Of a stretch of DNA of 64,000 bases, positions 63,291 to 64,000 are shown piece by piece. The stretch is from assembly GCA_036785375.1 (NCBI GenBank), contig JAWMAR010000161.1:3348001-3412000 (forward strand). Reading direction: 5' to 3'. Below the pieces are notes generated by a model. The model saw only the letters and a list, made by a program, of their open reading frames with translations. It was not told the DNA's origin and searched no databases. The position numbers were made by a program, and so were the translations under genes. The DNA is from Leucoraja ocellata. Its lineage: Eukaryota. Positions within the stretch are counted from its first letter, which is position 1. Every line of letters begins with the position of its first letter.

Positions 63291-64000
63291 TGCTTTTACG
63301 TTAACATTAAATTTAAATGGTGGTACCAAATATATTGTTAGGCCACAGATTTGGAATGTAGATTCTTATCTGCCTTTTATGAGTGTTTATTGCTCAGTTT
63401 TTGCATTTAAAACGTAAAAAACGGTGATGTTTGGTATTTAACTAATTATAATCTACCACACAATTGTGGAAGAGGTGGGATGGTTTAAATAAGCCCTTTA
63501 TTTCTCGTTATAAAAAAACTGCACATATTATTTCAATATCTAAAATAATACAATGTGCAAATAAGAGATGACATGTACATTCATTTAGATAGGAAGGTAA
63601 ACGAGTGATAACTCTTCTTGGGTCGAATTAAAGACCATTATTGTTTGATTATTGCTAAATGTGCTTTCACATTTATTGGATTTTCTCATGAAAGAAGAGA
63701 AGACCATTTGTGCCATCAATCTCATGTTGGCTCTCAGCAATTTCATCAATCCCATTTTCTCTGCCCTGTAATCTACTCTGTCACATGAGCACTTTAACAC
63801 ACTCCTACTACTGATGTACACTATGTGCATTTCAAGTAGCTAACTCACCTAATGACCAACATATACAAAAGCACTCAAGGGAAACCCACATGGTCATAGG
63901 GTGAACTACCAAGGTCAGAATCAAATCCAGGTGGCTGGAGCCACGAAACAGATGCACTCACTTTGCAGGGAGGTTTACTAGTGTTACTTGGGAGGATTTA

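Overview
AT-rich, repeat-dense vertebrate genomic DNA. The repeat spectrum (HE1-type V-SINEs, CR1/HER1-type LINEs, Rex1/Babar LINEs, short Penelope-derived elements) suggests a cartilaginous fish, probably a skate or ray (inference). The only host gene I can support is the paired-class homeobox gene ALX1 (CART1) on the minus strand. Coding exons 1-3 lie at 22489-22267, 15059-14755 and 7642-7514, with GT-AG junctions that keep frame. I could not find exon 4 (OAR domain); it probably lies beyond position 1. The remaining ~41 kb is upstream intergenic DNA. Notable items are: a CpG-retaining, TE-poor domain around the promoter; a decayed full-length Tc1 (DD34E) transposon nested in a LINE; a 1.9-kb rearranged Gypsy-type LTR element with both LTRs, a tRNA-Leu PBS and a 5-bp TSD; a second collapsed LTR element with a tRNA-Trp-like PBS; a young 5'-truncated Rex1/Babar RT; and about 10 copies of a ~100-130 bp retroelement that starts with a minimal hammerhead ribozyme core. 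I found no evidence of a wholly new system. The hammerhead-carrying mini-element family and the rearranged mini-LTR element are the best leads.
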